A stretch of DNA of 64,000 bases from the IMG/VR virus record IMGVR_UViG_3300015607_002427. One strand, given 5' to 3'. Origin of the DNA: a virus. Made by a program: the position numbers and the translations under genes. The notes below the pieces were generated by a model. The model saw nothing but the letters and a program-made list of their open reading frames with translations. It made no database searches and had not been told where the DNA came from. This document shows positions 1-7,552 of this stretch, one piece after another (positions within the stretch are counted from its first letter, which is position 1; every line of letters begins with the position of its first letter).

Positions 1-2
1 TC

Positions 3-129
3 TGGTTGAGGCGGAAGGAATCGAACCTTCTCTAGTCGGATATGAGTCGAGATAACCATCCACGAGCGGTTTATGAAAAACAAAAGTTGCAGACGATGTT
101 TTTCTGTGCTACCATTACACTACGCCTCA
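3..129 (-). ncRNA. tRNA-like RNA (CAT anticodon-like loop) with ~55-nt conserved module inserted in the anticodon stem
   Basis: Acceptor TGAGGCG/CGCCTCA+ACCA, D arm, T arm GAAGG-TTCGATT-CCTTC; insert ends GGTTATC, followed by TCGA-CTCATAT-CCGA. Confidence 0.75.
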
Positions 130-136
130 ATTACTA

Positions 137-580
137 CTATGTCCTATTTAGGACAGGAAGACCCATCTCCCTGCACCAACTAATACATTCTTTCTCTTGT
201 TCTAGCCGATCTTCCCACTTACATACATTAAGAAACCCCACGTGCAAGTTTATGGTCCTATCATCTGCAGCATGGGCAAGATGCCTTAAAGCTTCAACTG
301 TTTTGGCGGTTTCAGCTTTTAATGTCTGAATACGATCCTTATATCCAGTTGACAATCGTTGATACGGAATTGTTTGGGATGACTCACCTACAACCACACC
401 AAGCAACTCATCTTTTGTATTTCTTGCTTCCACAAAATAGATACAGGATTCATCTCTTTGAAGCCGAAGCTTTTTAAACGAATCCTCAGCAATCAAATTG
501 CAAATAGCGTAAATTGGATACTTGAGCGGTTTACCAGTATTTAAATCTGTAGTTCTGATTGGATGAGTGTGAAGTTTCAT
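137..580 (-). CDS. hypothetical protein
   Basis: ORF; start moved to MKLHTHP after GGAG RBS because the upstream extension overlaps tRNA-Leu. Confidence 0.7.
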   Translation of the reverse strand: MKLHTHPIRTTDLNTGKPLKYPIYAICNLIAEDSFKKLRLQRDESCIYFVEARNTKDELLGVVVGESSQTIPYQRLSTGYKDRIQTLKAETAKTVEALRHLAHAADDRTINLHVGFLNVCKWEDRLEQEKECISWCREMGLPVLNRT

Positions 581-590
581 TTTTTCTCCT

Positions 591-675
591 TGGTGCCCGT
601 GGCCGGACTCGAACCGGCATGGCCGAAGCCGATGCATTTTAAGTGCATTGTGGATACCAATTTCACCACACGGGC
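591..675 (-). tRNA. tRNA-Leu(TAA)
   Basis: Cloverleaf, ATGCA-CTTAAAA-TGCAT, long variable arm, CCA. Confidence 0.95.
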
Positions 676-676
676 A

Positions 677-1108
677 TTAATGAATATTCTTCGCTCTAAA
701 AGTATCCGTTTGAGAATGGCAGTTCGGGCAAAGAATCCTTAAATTTTCAAACTTATGATTTGTTCTATCACCATCAATATGATCTAACTCACAAGCAATA
801 GGCAAATCATTCCATTCATCTATTCCACAAATTTCACATCGGTTTTCCTTCAGACCTTCAGCAAATAATCTATTCTTTAGCTTAAACGTCTGATACTCAG
901 GATATAAACCATTTAGAATGTCAGATAGTGGAAATTTACCTACCCCATCTACCTTCGGTTTGGATTTTCCTTTACCGCCAGGATTCGGTTTATAAAGACC
1001 AAATTTCTTTGCGTTAGTCTTAAATGTATTGAAGTGGACACCTAACTTAGCGGCCGCTTCGGCCATAGTAATAGATGATTCACACGCTAATCGATACTGC
1101 TCTTCCAT
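677..1108 (-). CDS. HNH homing endonuclease with N-terminal HTH
   Basis: CxxC...LDHIDGDRTNH...NLRILCPNCH motif. Confidence 0.9.
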   Translation of the reverse strand: MEEQYRLACESSITMAEAAAKLGVHFNTFKTNAKKFGLYKPNPGGKGKSKPKVDGVGKFPLSDILNGLYPEYQTFKLKNRLFAEGLKENRCEICGIDEWNDLPIACELDHIDGDRTNHKFENLRILCPNCHSQTDTFRAKNIH

Positions 1109-1170
1109 TGGAAATCTTCATGAAGTCTTACACTTTCTATTTATAAGACTCTGCGGAAAAATTTCCAATG
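1106..1170 (-). promoter_or_regulatory. late promoter TATAAATA inside a start-codon-sequestering hairpin
   Basis: TATAAATA at 1138-1145 flanked by inverted repeat CATTGGAAAT/ATTTCCAATG. Confidence 0.7.
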
Positions 1171-1176
1171 TGTCTA

Positions 1177-1404
1177 TCAGTCTAAAACGTCAAATGTGTC
1201 AGTGTTTACGATCAAACTAAGAGTACGACCGTTATCCCACTTGACGTGAAGATGACCTAAATCATCAACTGATTCTACTAGACCTTCGGTTCCTGGTTTG
1301 ATCGGGTTAGGATCATCCATCATGGAAACCAGACGAACTCGTTTACCTACATACTTCTTGCGAAGAAATTCAGCCCAAGTAGACATGTTCATCTCCTGTA
1401 TCAA
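1177..1404 (-). CDS. DUF4314-like protein
   Basis: RVRLVSMxDDPxPIxPGTEGxVxxVDDLGxLHVxWDNGRTLSL pattern. Confidence 0.75.
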   Translation of the reverse strand: MIQEMNMSTWAEFLRKKYVGKRVRLVSMMDDPNPIKPGTEGLVESVDDLGHLHVKWDNGRTLSLIVNTDTFDVLD

Positions 1405-1452
1405 TCAACAAGAGAATTATATCATAGTCTAAAGTACGTGTAAACGATTATT

Positions 1453-1528
1453 TGGTGCTTGGTGTAGGACTCGAACCTACATATGTCTCCTTGTAAAAGA
1501 GATGGCTAACCTCTCACACCAACCAAGC
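1453..1528 (-). tRNA. tRNA-Val(TAC)
   Basis: TCTCT-TTTACAA-GGAGA anticodon arm, T arm, CCA. Confidence 0.85.
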
Positions 1529-1532
1529 ATTA

Positions 1533-1606
1533 TGGAGCGGGATACCAGAATCGAACTGGTGACTAGACCTTGGCAAGGTTTCGTTTTACCATTAAACTAA
1601 TCCCGC
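1533..1606 (-). tRNA. tRNA-Gly(GCC)
   Basis: GCGGGAT acceptor, TTGCCAA loop, U73-CCA. Confidence 0.95.
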
Positions 1607-1610
1607 ATAT

Positions 1611-1778
1611 AAGTTGCTTGAGTTCTGCCTAGGAGGTCAATCTCCCATGATTATACATTCCTACGGTCATGACTCCGTCCATTCTGTATAATTCTAACCG
1701 CATATGGCAAGTTTCCTAGGACATCCATATCTCTGGCTAGCAAGGTGATCCCACTGAAGGGTCGCTGTCAAACAACTT
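1611..1778 (-). ncRNA. putative structured ncRNA closed by terminal stem
   Basis: AAGTTGTTTGA...TCAAGCAACTT ends pair; internal CCTAGGA/TCCTAGG and ATTATACA/TGTATAAT stems; fills the gap between tRNAs. Confidence 0.5.
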
Positions 1779-1881
1779 GGTCTTTCTGGATGGATTCGAA
1801 CCATCGGCTTGGTTTTCCCACTAGCATATTTGGCCCTTCGCCATGAAGCGGTTCCCGCTCTACCCACTGAGCTACAGAAAG
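1778..1881 (-). ncRNA. tRNA-like RNA with expanded, non-canonical anticodon/variable region
   Basis: Acceptor CTTTCTG/CAGAAAG+ACCA, canonical D and T arms, ~50 nt between them without a canonical anticodon arm. Confidence 0.65.
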
Positions 1882-2133
1882 AAAATGCAATATTGTCGGC
1901 GTTTCAACAATGCTCCCTCGGAACGTTACCAGGTGATCAACCCTGATGCGCCCCTCTTAACGTTGATGGAGTACTCAACCAAAGCCTCGGATGTATCCGA
2001 AATTTTGTCGGGCTCGATTGATCTTTTCCATCGCTGCTTCAGGATTCTGTATCCAACTTTTGCCTTGACGACCTATTGCGTAGCCGCCCGAGGTCTGACA
2101 ACCTCGTAGGATTTCCATTCTAAATGGAGCCTT

Positions 2134-2211
2134 TGGTCCTCCAGGTAGGGTTTGCACCTACTAACCATAGCCCCCAAACAGGGCCCGCTTCTCTATTCAA
2201 GCTGCCGGAGA
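2134..2211 (-). tRNA. atypical tRNA (TTT in loop; non-canonical anticodon and T loops)
   Basis: Cloverleaf with GGCCC-TGTTTGG-GGGCT and T loop TGCAAAC, ACCA end. Confidence 0.55.
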
Positions 2212-2880
2212 ATTTAATTTTCTACCTTGAACCCAGCCGTTATTCAACCATAGCTGAAGTTCATCCTTCTTAATCTTCTTTGCTTCACTACCATCGCAAA
2301 TCCAACAAGTCCCAAATTGCGAATTACCTTTACCAGATTGTCGTTCAGAATTTGCTTTACCGATTTTAGCTTTATGCGCATCTGATAAAGTTGATGTTTT
2401 CCAAAGCTCAGGATTTTCTAGCCTTTTAGCCTTCATCGTCTCTGACATCTTAGACCGATATTCATCGCTCTTTCCTGAAGACATTAAATGATCATGAAGA
2501 GAAGCACCCAGCAAAAGATTCTGTTTTCCAAATCCATCTTTACCGTTGTTTCCGTAAAGATTCTTCTTGGATTTGTTTAGGTAGTCCCATCCACCTTCTC
2601 CACCGAACTTCAAGTTCATGCAAAGTGGATGTTTTAGCATCTCCTCATTTACTACTTCAGCTTCTCTCTTCTTGAGTTCTTCTCTTGAAGGTAGAAACTC
2701 TAAAATTTCGAACTTGTGGTTTTCCAACCCATACTTCCGAATTGAATAACCTAACCTCTTTCCACTCCCTACGTAACCGTCTTCTAAGTTGTCCGTTGAG
2801 TGCATCCCAACATAGAACTTTTCATTCAGAAGATTTGTGGTCCTATAAATGAAGTGGTATTTTCTTGATCTTCTCGGCAT
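2197..2880 (-). CDS. Seg-like GIY-YIG homing endonuclease with NUMOD3-like region
   Basis: FIYRTTN...FYVGMH...Y.GSG and HKAKIG motifs. Confidence 0.85.
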   Translation of the reverse strand: MPRRSRKYHFIYRTTNLLNEKFYVGMHSTDNLEDGYVGSGKRLGYSIRKYGLENHKFEILEFLPSREELKKREAEVVNEEMLKHPLCMNLKFGGEGGWDYLNKSKKNLYGNNGKDGFGKQNLLLGASLHDHLMSSGKSDEYRSKMSETMKAKRLENPELWKTSTLSDAHKAKIGKANSERQSGKGNSQFGTCWICDGSEAKKIKKDELQLWLNNGWVQGRKLNSPAA

Positions 2881-2935
2881 ACATTTTGTTCCAAAGTTCC
2901 ATAATTTTATTTATAGAATCAGGAACAAAATGTAT
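2879..2935 (-). promoter_or_regulatory. late promoter TATAAATA within RBS/start-sequestering hairpin
   Basis: ATACATTTTGTTCC/GGAACAAAATGTAT inverted repeat around TATAAATA (2908-2915). Confidence 0.75.
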
Positions 2936-2938
2936 CCG

Positions 2939-3013
2939 GGGCTCCGGAGGGTGGGATCGAACCACCGACACACGGATTAACAGTCCGTCGTTCTGCCGCT
3001 GAACTACTCCGGA
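2939..3013 (-). tRNA. tRNA-Asn(GTT), CCA not fully encoded
   Basis: ACGGA-CTGTTAA-TCCGT; ends G-CCC. Confidence 0.92.
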
Positions 3014-3018
3014 ATTAC

Positions 3019-3129
3019 TTAAACAAACAACATCAAAAACTTACCTAGAATCACCGAGCCAATAGCGAAACTAGTAGTCATTAAACCTACAATACCTAAA
3101 CCTCTAAGTGCTTGAAGTTCTTTAGACAT
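3019..3129 (-). CDS. small hydrophobic peptide (36 aa)
   Basis: MSKELQALRGLGIVGLMTTSFAIGSVILGKFLMLFV; TGATG overlap with upstream ORF. Confidence 0.5.
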   Translation of the reverse strand: MSKELQALRGLGIVGLMTTSFAIGSVILGKFLMLFV

Positions 3130-3470
3130 CACTTAGCACTCAAAGCTTTCTGGTTAGTCTTGTATTGATTGACTAGACCAATCATATCATGCCAAATACC
3201 AGAACCACTACTTCCCAAAATACCTACTGCGATAATTGCCGCCCATTCAGGAAGCTTCTCTAGCATGAAAATACCTTGAGGAGGAACAATGAAAGCTCCA
3301 AGTCCAGCAAATCCGACAGAAGCAATGTGAATCAATGTCATCTTCCAACGGGAATCCCCATTAAGATTTAGACCTTGCTTAAACGTTTCTGTTAACTTCT
3401 CAGCAATCGCACTGATTAGAAACATATAAAGAATAAGATTCGTTAGGTTGCTTAAGTCCATTTGCCACAC
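3129..3470 (-). CDS. membrane protein (holin-like topology)
   Basis: Three hydrophobic segments and basic C-terminus. Confidence 0.6.
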   Translation of the reverse strand: MWQMDLSNLTNLILYMFLISAIAEKLTETFKQGLNLNGDSRWKMTLIHIASVGFAGLGAFIVPPQGIFMLEKLPEWAAIIAVGILGSSGSGIWHDMIGLVNQYKTNQKALSAK

Positions 3471-3484
3471 TCCTTAAAGTTAAT

Positions 3485-3561
3485 TGGTGCCCCATACTAG
3501 GATTCGAACCAGTGACCTCTCGCTTACAAGGCGAGTGCTCTGCCAACTGAGCTAATAGGGC
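3485..3561 (-). tRNA. tRNA-Thr(TGT)
   Basis: CTCGC-CTTGTAA-GCGAG, CCA. Confidence 0.93.
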
Positions 3562-3627
3562 AATAACGATTTACATCTTGAAGGCCTTCATAAAAATGAA
3601 CGTTCCTACTAACCTTAAGAAGACGTT

Positions 3628-3702
3628 TGGTGCCCAAGGTCGGAATCAAACCGACGACCTCTTTCGTACCAAGAAAGCGTTCTATCACTGAACTACAAGG
3701 GC
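3628..3702 (-). tRNA. tRNA-Thr(GGT)
   Basis: CTTTC-TTGGTAC-GAAAG, CCA. Confidence 0.93.
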
Positions 3703-3729
3703 ATATAAGACTATATATTAGATTTCGTT

Positions 3730-3814
3730 TGGTGCCCATCGTCGGACTCGAACCGACACTCCTTTCGGAACTTGATTTTGAATCAAGCGCGTCTACCAAT
3801 TCCGCCAGACGGGC
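3730..3814 (-). tRNA. tRNA-Leu(CAA)
   Basis: CTTGA-TTCAAAA-TCAAG, long variable arm, CCA. Confidence 0.95.
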
Positions 3815-3977
3815 ATAATGTTTACTTAGTCGTATGATCCAAGATACTTTCTTCTCCGAAAACGGGGTGAGGTTTACGGTGATAACTGAAGAAGCCTATG
3901 TCAGTCACGATTTCTACGACCTTCTCTGACTCAGCAACCATACTCACTGCAGAATATTGTATGGCTAACAAGTAAAC

Positions 3978-4062
3978 TGGTGCTCGGCAAGGGACTCGAA
4001 CCCTCACGGATTTCTCCACAACGACCTCAACGTTGCGCGTCTACCAATTCCGCCAACCGAGC
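3978..4062 (-). tRNA. tRNA-Leu(GAG)
   Basis: CAACG-TTGAGGT-CGTTG, long variable arm, CCA. Confidence 0.95.
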
Positions 4063-4503
4063 TTCTTTAAGAAGATTTCTATTGGGAGTTCCCCAAGTTT
4101 CCGTTTGTGTATGACAGTTGGGACATAAGATTCTGAGGTTTTCCAATTTATGATTGGAGGAATCTCCGTCAATATGGTCAAGTTGCAGAACTAGCTGCTT
4201 TCCATTCCATTTATTTCCGATCCCACATTCAGAGCATTCTTCTTTTAGATAATTTTCAGCAATCAATCGTTCCTTCAGTCTAGTAGTTTTATAAGTCGGA
4301 TGATCACCGTTAAGAATTTCCTCTAATGGAATACCCTCTTTTGGTTTTCTTGAACCTTTTAAACCTTGATTTGGCGCATAACACCCGAGTTTTTTAGCCC
4401 GATAAATGAATGTATTATATGCCAATCCTAAACTTTTTGCTGCCGATTTCATCGAATCTGAATTCTCAGATGCTTCGATGATTGATGAATCTGTTACTTT
4501 CAT
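4027..4503 (-). CDS. HNH homing endonuclease with N-terminal HTH
   Basis: CSECG...LDHIDGDSSNH..ENLRILCPNCH; 3' end runs into tRNA-Leu(GAG); start taken at MKVTD downstream of GATAAATA. Confidence 0.9.
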   Translation of the reverse strand: MKVTDSSIIEASENSDSMKSAAKSLGLAYNTFIYRAKKLGCYAPNQGLKGSRKPKEGIPLEEILNGDHPTYKTTRLKERLIAENYLKEECSECGIGNKWNGKQLVLQLDHIDGDSSNHKLENLRILCPNCHTQTETWGTPNRNLLKEARLAELVDAQR

Positions 4504-4554
4504 AAGTTTCCTAAATAGTACTCTCATACTATTTATCAGACTTATGCGAATATT

Positions 4555-4670
4555 AGGTCGAGAAGGAAAGATTCGAACTTTCTATAGCGTACTTTATCAA
4601 GGAATATCATCCTAACAATTTCAGCGCCGAGCATGATCACGGTCTCTTTTCCAATTGAATACAATCTCGA
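4555..4670 (-). ncRNA. degenerate/expanded tRNA-like RNA
   Basis: CGAGA/TCTCG acceptor-like ends plus ACC, T arm GAAAG-TTCGAAT-CTTTC, ~60-nt central region. Confidence 0.45.
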
Positions 4671-4671
4671 A

Positions 4672-4984
4672 TGGTGGAAACTGGCGAGGGGCTCATTCCC
4701 CACAACCTTTCAATCACGAAGTCTTATTAAGCTACAACACTCCATAATAAAGACTGGCCGGTCTTTACTACTTCATCATGTTGGGAGGATTTGTTTCCTC
4801 CACCTCGGCGTCTTCTGAGCTATATAATTTATATAGAGCTACCACCTTGGAGCGCTCTCGAAAGCACTGATCCAGCCCGCACAATCTACACTCTTCTGCT
4901 TTAGACTCCATGACCTAATCAGTACCAATGGCTGGCCCATTGTACTTTTATCCCGAAGAACGGATATAATCAGTCACAGTTTCC
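4672..4984 (-). ncRNA. ~313-nt putative ncRNA with 8-bp acceptor-like terminal stem and ACCA
   Basis: GGAAACTG...CAGTTTCC-ACCA; multiple internal hairpins; no credible ORF. Confidence 0.55.
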
Positions 4985-5076
4985 GGCGCTAATGGAAGGA
5001 TTCGAACCTCCGATAGATGCTCTTAACTTTTCAGCTAAGAGTTCCACTATTCCTCAGTGGAATAATCTACATCAGC
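4985..5076 (-). ncRNA. tRNA-like RNA with rearranged D/anticodon region
   Basis: GCTGATG/CATTAGC acceptor, T arm GGAGG-TTCGAAT-CCTTC, extra TAGAT/ATCTA helix enclosing two hairpins. Confidence 0.55.
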
Positions 5077-5084
5077 AAAATTTC

Positions 5085-5168
5085 TGGTGCCCCAAGAGAG
5101 ACTCGAACTCTCACGCACTAGGCAGTGGCTTCTAAGACCACCGTGTCTACCAATTCCACCATCGGGGC
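5085..5168 (-). tRNA. tRNA-Leu(TAG)
   Basis: GTGGT-CTTAGAA-GCCAC, long variable arm, CCA. Confidence 0.95.
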
Positions 5169-5173
5169 AAATA

Positions 5174-5314
5174 AGCATTTATTAGGGAGGTGATCGAAGC
5201 CCGCAAGAATTTCTTCCTGCTTAAAGGTACCTCACGGCCGACTTGTATAGGATTTATTTCAGCCTATCATCTCTGTCTCTCCACTATCCGTCTTTTGCTT
5301 TTCTAACAAATGCT
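5174..5314 (-). ncRNA. putative structured ncRNA closed by terminal stem
   Basis: AGCATTTGTTAG...CTAATAAATGCT terminal pairing between tRNA units. Confidence 0.45.
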
Positions 5315-5447
5315 GGTACCAGAGGTGGGATTCGAACCCACACAAGCTGCAGCTTTTTGGAAGAGGTTACGCTATTCGCTGTCCTCAATGGACGCTCCCT
5401 CACTATGATTCCGCCGCCAGGGTATACCAATTCCCCTTCACTCTGAT
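5314..5447 (-). ncRNA. tRNA-like RNA with greatly enlarged domain replacing the anticodon arm
   Basis: ATCAGAG/CTCTGGT+ACCA, D loop AATTGGTATA, T arm GTGGG-TTCGAAT-CCCAC; GCGGC/GCTGC and GGAA/TTCC helices enclose the insert. Confidence 0.65.
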
Positions 5448-5720
5448 ATAATACTCCATTATGGCTAACTTCGGATCCTTGGCCGAGGCGTTCTAGTAGT
5501 TAGCGACGCACCCGTCATAATGAAGGACTTTGTCACACCAACGTTTATCTGATAACCTTGGGAAGAGTTGTTTTTGACTTAGCTATCCCCTGCCTCTGCG
5601 CTTGTGGCCAGGGAAAACGGCTACCACGTTCGCCGAATAGGCATACACCTTCAATCAACGCACTATTTCTAGCTCTGCATATCATTTCTGATCTGAGTCG
5701 ACGATGTGTACCCTAGTTTC

Positions 5721-5808
5721 TGGAGCATACTGCATGATTCGAACATGCGTGGAATTTTCATTCTGGAGATTTGCAATCTCCTGCCTTCGACCGCTCGGCC
5801 AAGTATGC
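5721..5808 (-). tRNA. tRNA-Cys(GCA) with long variable arm
   Basis: GGAGA-TTGCAAA-TCTCC, U73-CCA, variable hairpin GAAT-GAAA-ATTC. Confidence 0.9.
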
Positions 5809-5816
5809 AATGTACG

Positions 5817-6080
5817 TGGTGACTAGCCTTTAGATCAAACGCGTATTTGATCAGTTGGTATCGTACCTACCATCCATAGTTTCATTTCTTTGAAGAGAAT
5901 GCTACCATCAGCGGTTCGCCTTTCTGCCGGTCGACTTACCCAAAGATCGGTCAAATGGGCTTCTTCTTTAACGGTAAGACGAAGAGAAAACGACTCTGTT
6001 AACAATCCGAGTAGAACGCCTAGCGACTCTGTCCTAGGAGAGGTCCCTTAACCTGGAAATCTAGGAAGATCAAGTAGTCA
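5817..6080 (-). ncRNA. ~265-nt putative ncRNA ending in stem plus CCA
   Basis: TGACTA...TAGTCA-CCA terminal pairing with many internal hairpins. Confidence 0.45.
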
Positions 6081-6089
6081 ACTCAATCT

Positions 6090-6166
6090 TGGCCTCGCGA
6101 GAGGGACTCGAACCCCCGACCTACTGCTTAGAAGGCAGTTGCTCTATCCAGTTGAGCTACCGCGAG
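6090..6166 (-). tRNA. tRNA-Arg(TCT)
   Basis: ACTGC-CTTCTAA-GCAGT, CCA. Confidence 0.95.
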
Positions 6167-6171
6167 AAAAG

Positions 6172-6239
6172 AATCCTTAGCCCTGGAATTACTTATGAGA
6201 ATCCGCAAAGTTCCAGTTTAACGGCTCTCACTAAGGATT
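6172..6239 (-). ncRNA. small pseudoknot-containing element closed by 9-bp stem
   Basis: AATCCTTAG/CTAAGGATT; interleaved TGAGAG/TTCTCA and CTGGAA/TTCCAG pairings. Confidence 0.5.
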
Positions 6240-6314
6240 GGTGGAGGTAGACGGGATCGAACCGACGACAATCTGCTTGCAAAGCAGGCGCTCTCCCAAC
6301 TGAGCTATACCCCC
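6239..6314 (-). tRNA. tRNA-Ala(TGC)
   Basis: G3:U70, loop TTTGCAA, CCA. Confidence 0.95.
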
Positions 6315-6320
6315 AAAGTA

Positions 6321-6485
6321 AATGATATTTAACGTTCCAGCTTTTGACATACTCTCTTAGGCCTCAGACCCATGGATGTCAGCCATTTTGTGCCTGTCCG
6401 GTTTCTTGCATGAACTTTGACAGATTTCTCATGCTCAAGGAAACAACCCAAACCAGCGTGTAACATAGAGGGCTTCCATATCATT
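6321..6485 (-). ncRNA. putative structured ncRNA closed by terminal stem
   Basis: AATGATAT...ATATCATT ends; internal GCATGA/TCATGC and TGACAT/ATGTCA stems. Confidence 0.4.
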
Positions 6486-6572
6486 TGGTGGGAGCCCTGG
6501 GTAACGATCCCAGCGAGGCGCGATGCCACCAGTTTTACAGACTGGTCCGTCTCCTTAACGGTATATGCTCCC
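6486..6572 (-). tRNA. tRNA-Tyr(GTA), atypical D and T loops
   Basis: CCAGT-CTGTAAA-ACTGG, long variable arm, T loop lacks TTC consensus, CCA. Confidence 0.85.
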
Positions 6573-6997
6573 TATTTGTTTTTACCACAGTATGTTTCAG
6601 TTTGTGCATGACAATTAGGACATAGCAATCTCAAATTATCGAATCGATGATCTGAAGAATCGCCATTTATATGATCTAATTGCATATTCAGCTGCTTGCC
6701 GTTCCATTCTGAAATTCCGCATTCACCGCAAACATTTTGGAAAATTCCTTCCTTCAAAAGGCGATTTTTCAATTTCAAGGATTGGTAATGCGGATGAAGT
6801 CCTTGAAGTATTTCTTGCAAATCTATCTTTGACCCGGAACCTTCTCCGTGAAATTTTAATCCGAGCTTATAAGCTTTTCTCCACACCGTTATATGTGGGA
6901 TTTTTAACTTACTTGCGAGTTTTCCAATATGCGGAAGTTCGTTATATGCTTCGATAAACTCTTGATCTGAAATTTTGTTTGTATGATTTTGCTTCAT
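6572..6997 (-). CDS. HNH homing endonuclease with N-terminal HTH
   Basis: CGECG...LDHINGDSSDH..DNLRLLCPNCH; AGGAG RBS before MKQNH. Confidence 0.9.
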   Translation of the reverse strand: MKQNHTNKISDQEFIEAYNELPHIGKLASKLKIPHITVWRKAYKLGLKFHGEGSGSKIDLQEILQGLHPHYQSLKLKNRLLKEGIFQNVCGECGISEWNGKQLNMQLDHINGDSSDHRFDNLRLLCPNCHAQTETYCGKNK

Positions 6998-7049
6998 AAA
7001 TTCTCCTATGAAGCTATTTATCAAACCGGATTTCAAATCAGCTTTTCAT

Positions 7050-7140
7050 TGGTGGGACCGGATGGACTCGAACCATCACAGGCTTATTGACGATGCGGCG
7101 CATTTACAGTGCGTTGAGCTCTCCAGCGCTCAGCGATCCC
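7050..7140 (-). tRNA. tRNA-Tyr(GTA)
   Basis: CGCA-CTGTAAA-TGCG, long variable region, canonical T loop, CCA. Confidence 0.85.
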
Positions 7141-7147
7141 ATGAAAC

Positions 7148-7297
7148 TCAGTAATACTCTTTGAGAACTTGATACTCAGAAGTAGGATATTCCTTCTTCT
7201 TTTCATCAAACAGAGTTTTGGCTTCTGCTACGGTCAAACACTTGCGAGTAAAAACCGTAGTATAACCCTTCATCACCGTGATATGCCAAGACTTCAT
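7148..7297 (-). CDS. small hypothetical protein (49 aa)
   Basis: MKSWHITVMKGYTTVF...; AAGGAG RBS. Confidence 0.65.
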   Translation of the reverse strand: MKSWHITVMKGYTTVFTRKCLTVAEAKTLFDEKKKEYPTSEYQVLKEYY

Positions 7298-7321
7298 TTT
7301 GTAGTTCTCCTTTTTAAGATT

Positions 7322-7398
7322 TGGTTGCGGGTGAGGGATTTGAACCCACGATCTTCAGCTTATGAGACTGACGAGATAGACCACTTCTCCAACCCGCA
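7322..7398 (-). tRNA. tRNA-Met(CAT), initiator-like
   Basis: TGCGGG acceptor, CTCATAA loop, TTCAAAT T loop, CCA. Confidence 0.88.
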
Positions 7399-7470
7399 AG
7401 GTCCTGTAGGAGGGAATTGAACCGGGGAGCTACCCACTCTCTTAGTGCACTTACCGACCAGGCTACAGGA
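7399..7470 (-). pseudogene. degenerate tRNA-like element
   Basis: CCTGTAG/CTACAGG acceptor plus ACC, mispaired T stem around TTCAATT. Confidence 0.4.
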
Positions 7471-7475
7471 TAAAA

Positions 7476-7552
7476 AGATAAACAAAGGAGCGGAAATTGG
7501 GGTTGGATCAAATTTACAGGTTTGAGATAACCAATTTCCTTTCGGTTTATCT
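7476..7552 (-). ncRNA. free-standing, circularly permuted copy of the GGUUAUC module
   Basis: AGATAAAC-CG-AAA-GGAAAT-TGGTTATC...CCA-ATTTCC-GCTCCTTT-GTTTATCT, starting at the CCA of tRNA-Ser. Confidence 0.7.

Noticed and set aside
1453..1528. Possible ochre suppressor (TTA) reading of this tRNA
   Set aside because: The 5-bp stem TCTCT/GGAGA centres the loop on TAC (Val).
3524..3818. ORFs on both strands over the tRNA genes
   Set aside because: They are translations of tRNA sequences (Thr, Thr, Leu), as are 6329..6529, 7314..7511, 8188..8397 and 10246..10455.
4672..4984. tRNA-Sec, tmRNA or group I intron-containing tRNA
   Set aside because: It has an 8-bp GGAA-starting stem but no UCA anticodon arm, no G3:U70 pair or tag, and no group I core that I could recognise by eye.
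6172..6239. Theta/HDV-like ribozyme
   Set aside because: The position fits, but P3/L3/P1.1 and the catalytic J4/2 pattern are not identifiable. Kept only as an unassigned pseudoknot.
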